Source: Candidatus Zambryskibacteria bacterium RIFCSPLOWO2_02_FULL_51_21 (GTDB lineage: Bacteria; Patescibacteriota; Minisyncoccia; Phycocordibacterales; Zambryskibacteraceae). From it: a stretch of 64,000 nt of DNA. The notes beneath the pieces were generated by a model. It ran no database searches, was not told the DNA's origin, and worked only from the letters and a program-made list of their open reading frames with translations. Shown here in pieces: positions 63,953-64,000 of the stretch (its first letter is position 1; each line of letters opens with the position of its first letter). The position numbers were made by a program, and so were the translations under genes. Location: contig MHWQ01000002.1 of NCBI GenBank assembly GCA_001824255.1, forward strand, positions 139,548 through 203,547. The letters run 5' to 3'.

Positions 63953-64000
63953 ATGGAGCGTAATTTTCGTCAGTTACTCGAAGAGCGTTGGTCCGAGGGC
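63953..64000 (+). CDS. 5' end of a CDS (MERNFRQLLEERWSEG...), truncated by the window
   Basis: AAGGAGAG RBS 6 nt before the ATG. Confidence 0.2.
   Translation, partial: MERNFRQLLEERWSEG

Noticed and set aside
1-64000. Alternative genetic code (UGA=Gly/Trp as in some CPR or Mycoplasma)
   Set aside because: Well-conserved genes (ECF sigma, others) terminate at TGA with normal lengths, and no in-frame TGA interrupts recognisable domains. Standard code 11 fits.
1-64000. CRISPR arrays, rRNA genes, transposases/IS elements
   Set aside because: No regularly spaced direct repeats, no rRNA-like conserved stretches, and no DDE or IS-type ORFs were seen. The only recombinase is the tyrosine recombinase at 62682..63647.

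Overview
Summary of a 64-kb chromosomal window from a compact-genome bacterium (overall ~52% GC, with GGAGG-type ribosome-binding sites and standard genetic code). TGA is a stop codon here, as the sigma factor and other genes of normal length end in TGA. Several traits suggest a reduced CPR/Patescibacteria-like lineage, but this is inference: a truncated L9, a 151-aa EF-Ts, a single-chain PheRS and many small RBS-preceded ORFs.

Conserved core genes on both strands:
- RNA and secretion: RNase J, SecG, DnaB, RecR, RmuC, GyrB.
- Central metabolism: a gap-rpiB-rpe-tktA/tktB pentose-phosphate/glycolysis operon and a divergent pfkB/fba pair.
- Translation: ribosomal proteins L25, L31, S2, L21, L27 and an N-domain-only L9, plus RF1, EF-Ts and CysRS.
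- Other: a FAD-linked oxidase, class II (B12-type) RNR with an ATP cone, a truncated dcw cluster (mraZ-rsmH-ftsL-ftsI) and Ctp protease.
- Three tRNAs: Ser-GGA, Thr-TGT and Glu-CTC.

Accessory and unusual content:
- An ECF sigma/anti-sigma pair.
- A LemA-TPM-beta-propeller module.
- A sulfatase-like hydrolase whose FGly signature is degenerate.
- Large secreted beta-helix and PQQ-propeller proteins.
- Two GGDEF cyclases and an orphan sigma-54 activator.
- A GT2 synthase.
- A higher-GC islet between gyrB and mraZ.
- A copper/thiol-redox island (CsoR, CopB-type CPH ATPase, DUF1573-like, CcdA, Cys/His-rich proteins) ending at tRNA-Glu.
- A tandem pair of small arginine-rich ORFs with matching hairpins upstream of nrdJ.
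- A 380-nt ORF-free structured gap after tktB.
- At the 3' end of the window, a patch with an Rpf-like protein behind a long leader, a tautomerase-family gene and a tyrosine recombinase.

No CRISPR array, rRNA or transposase was seen.
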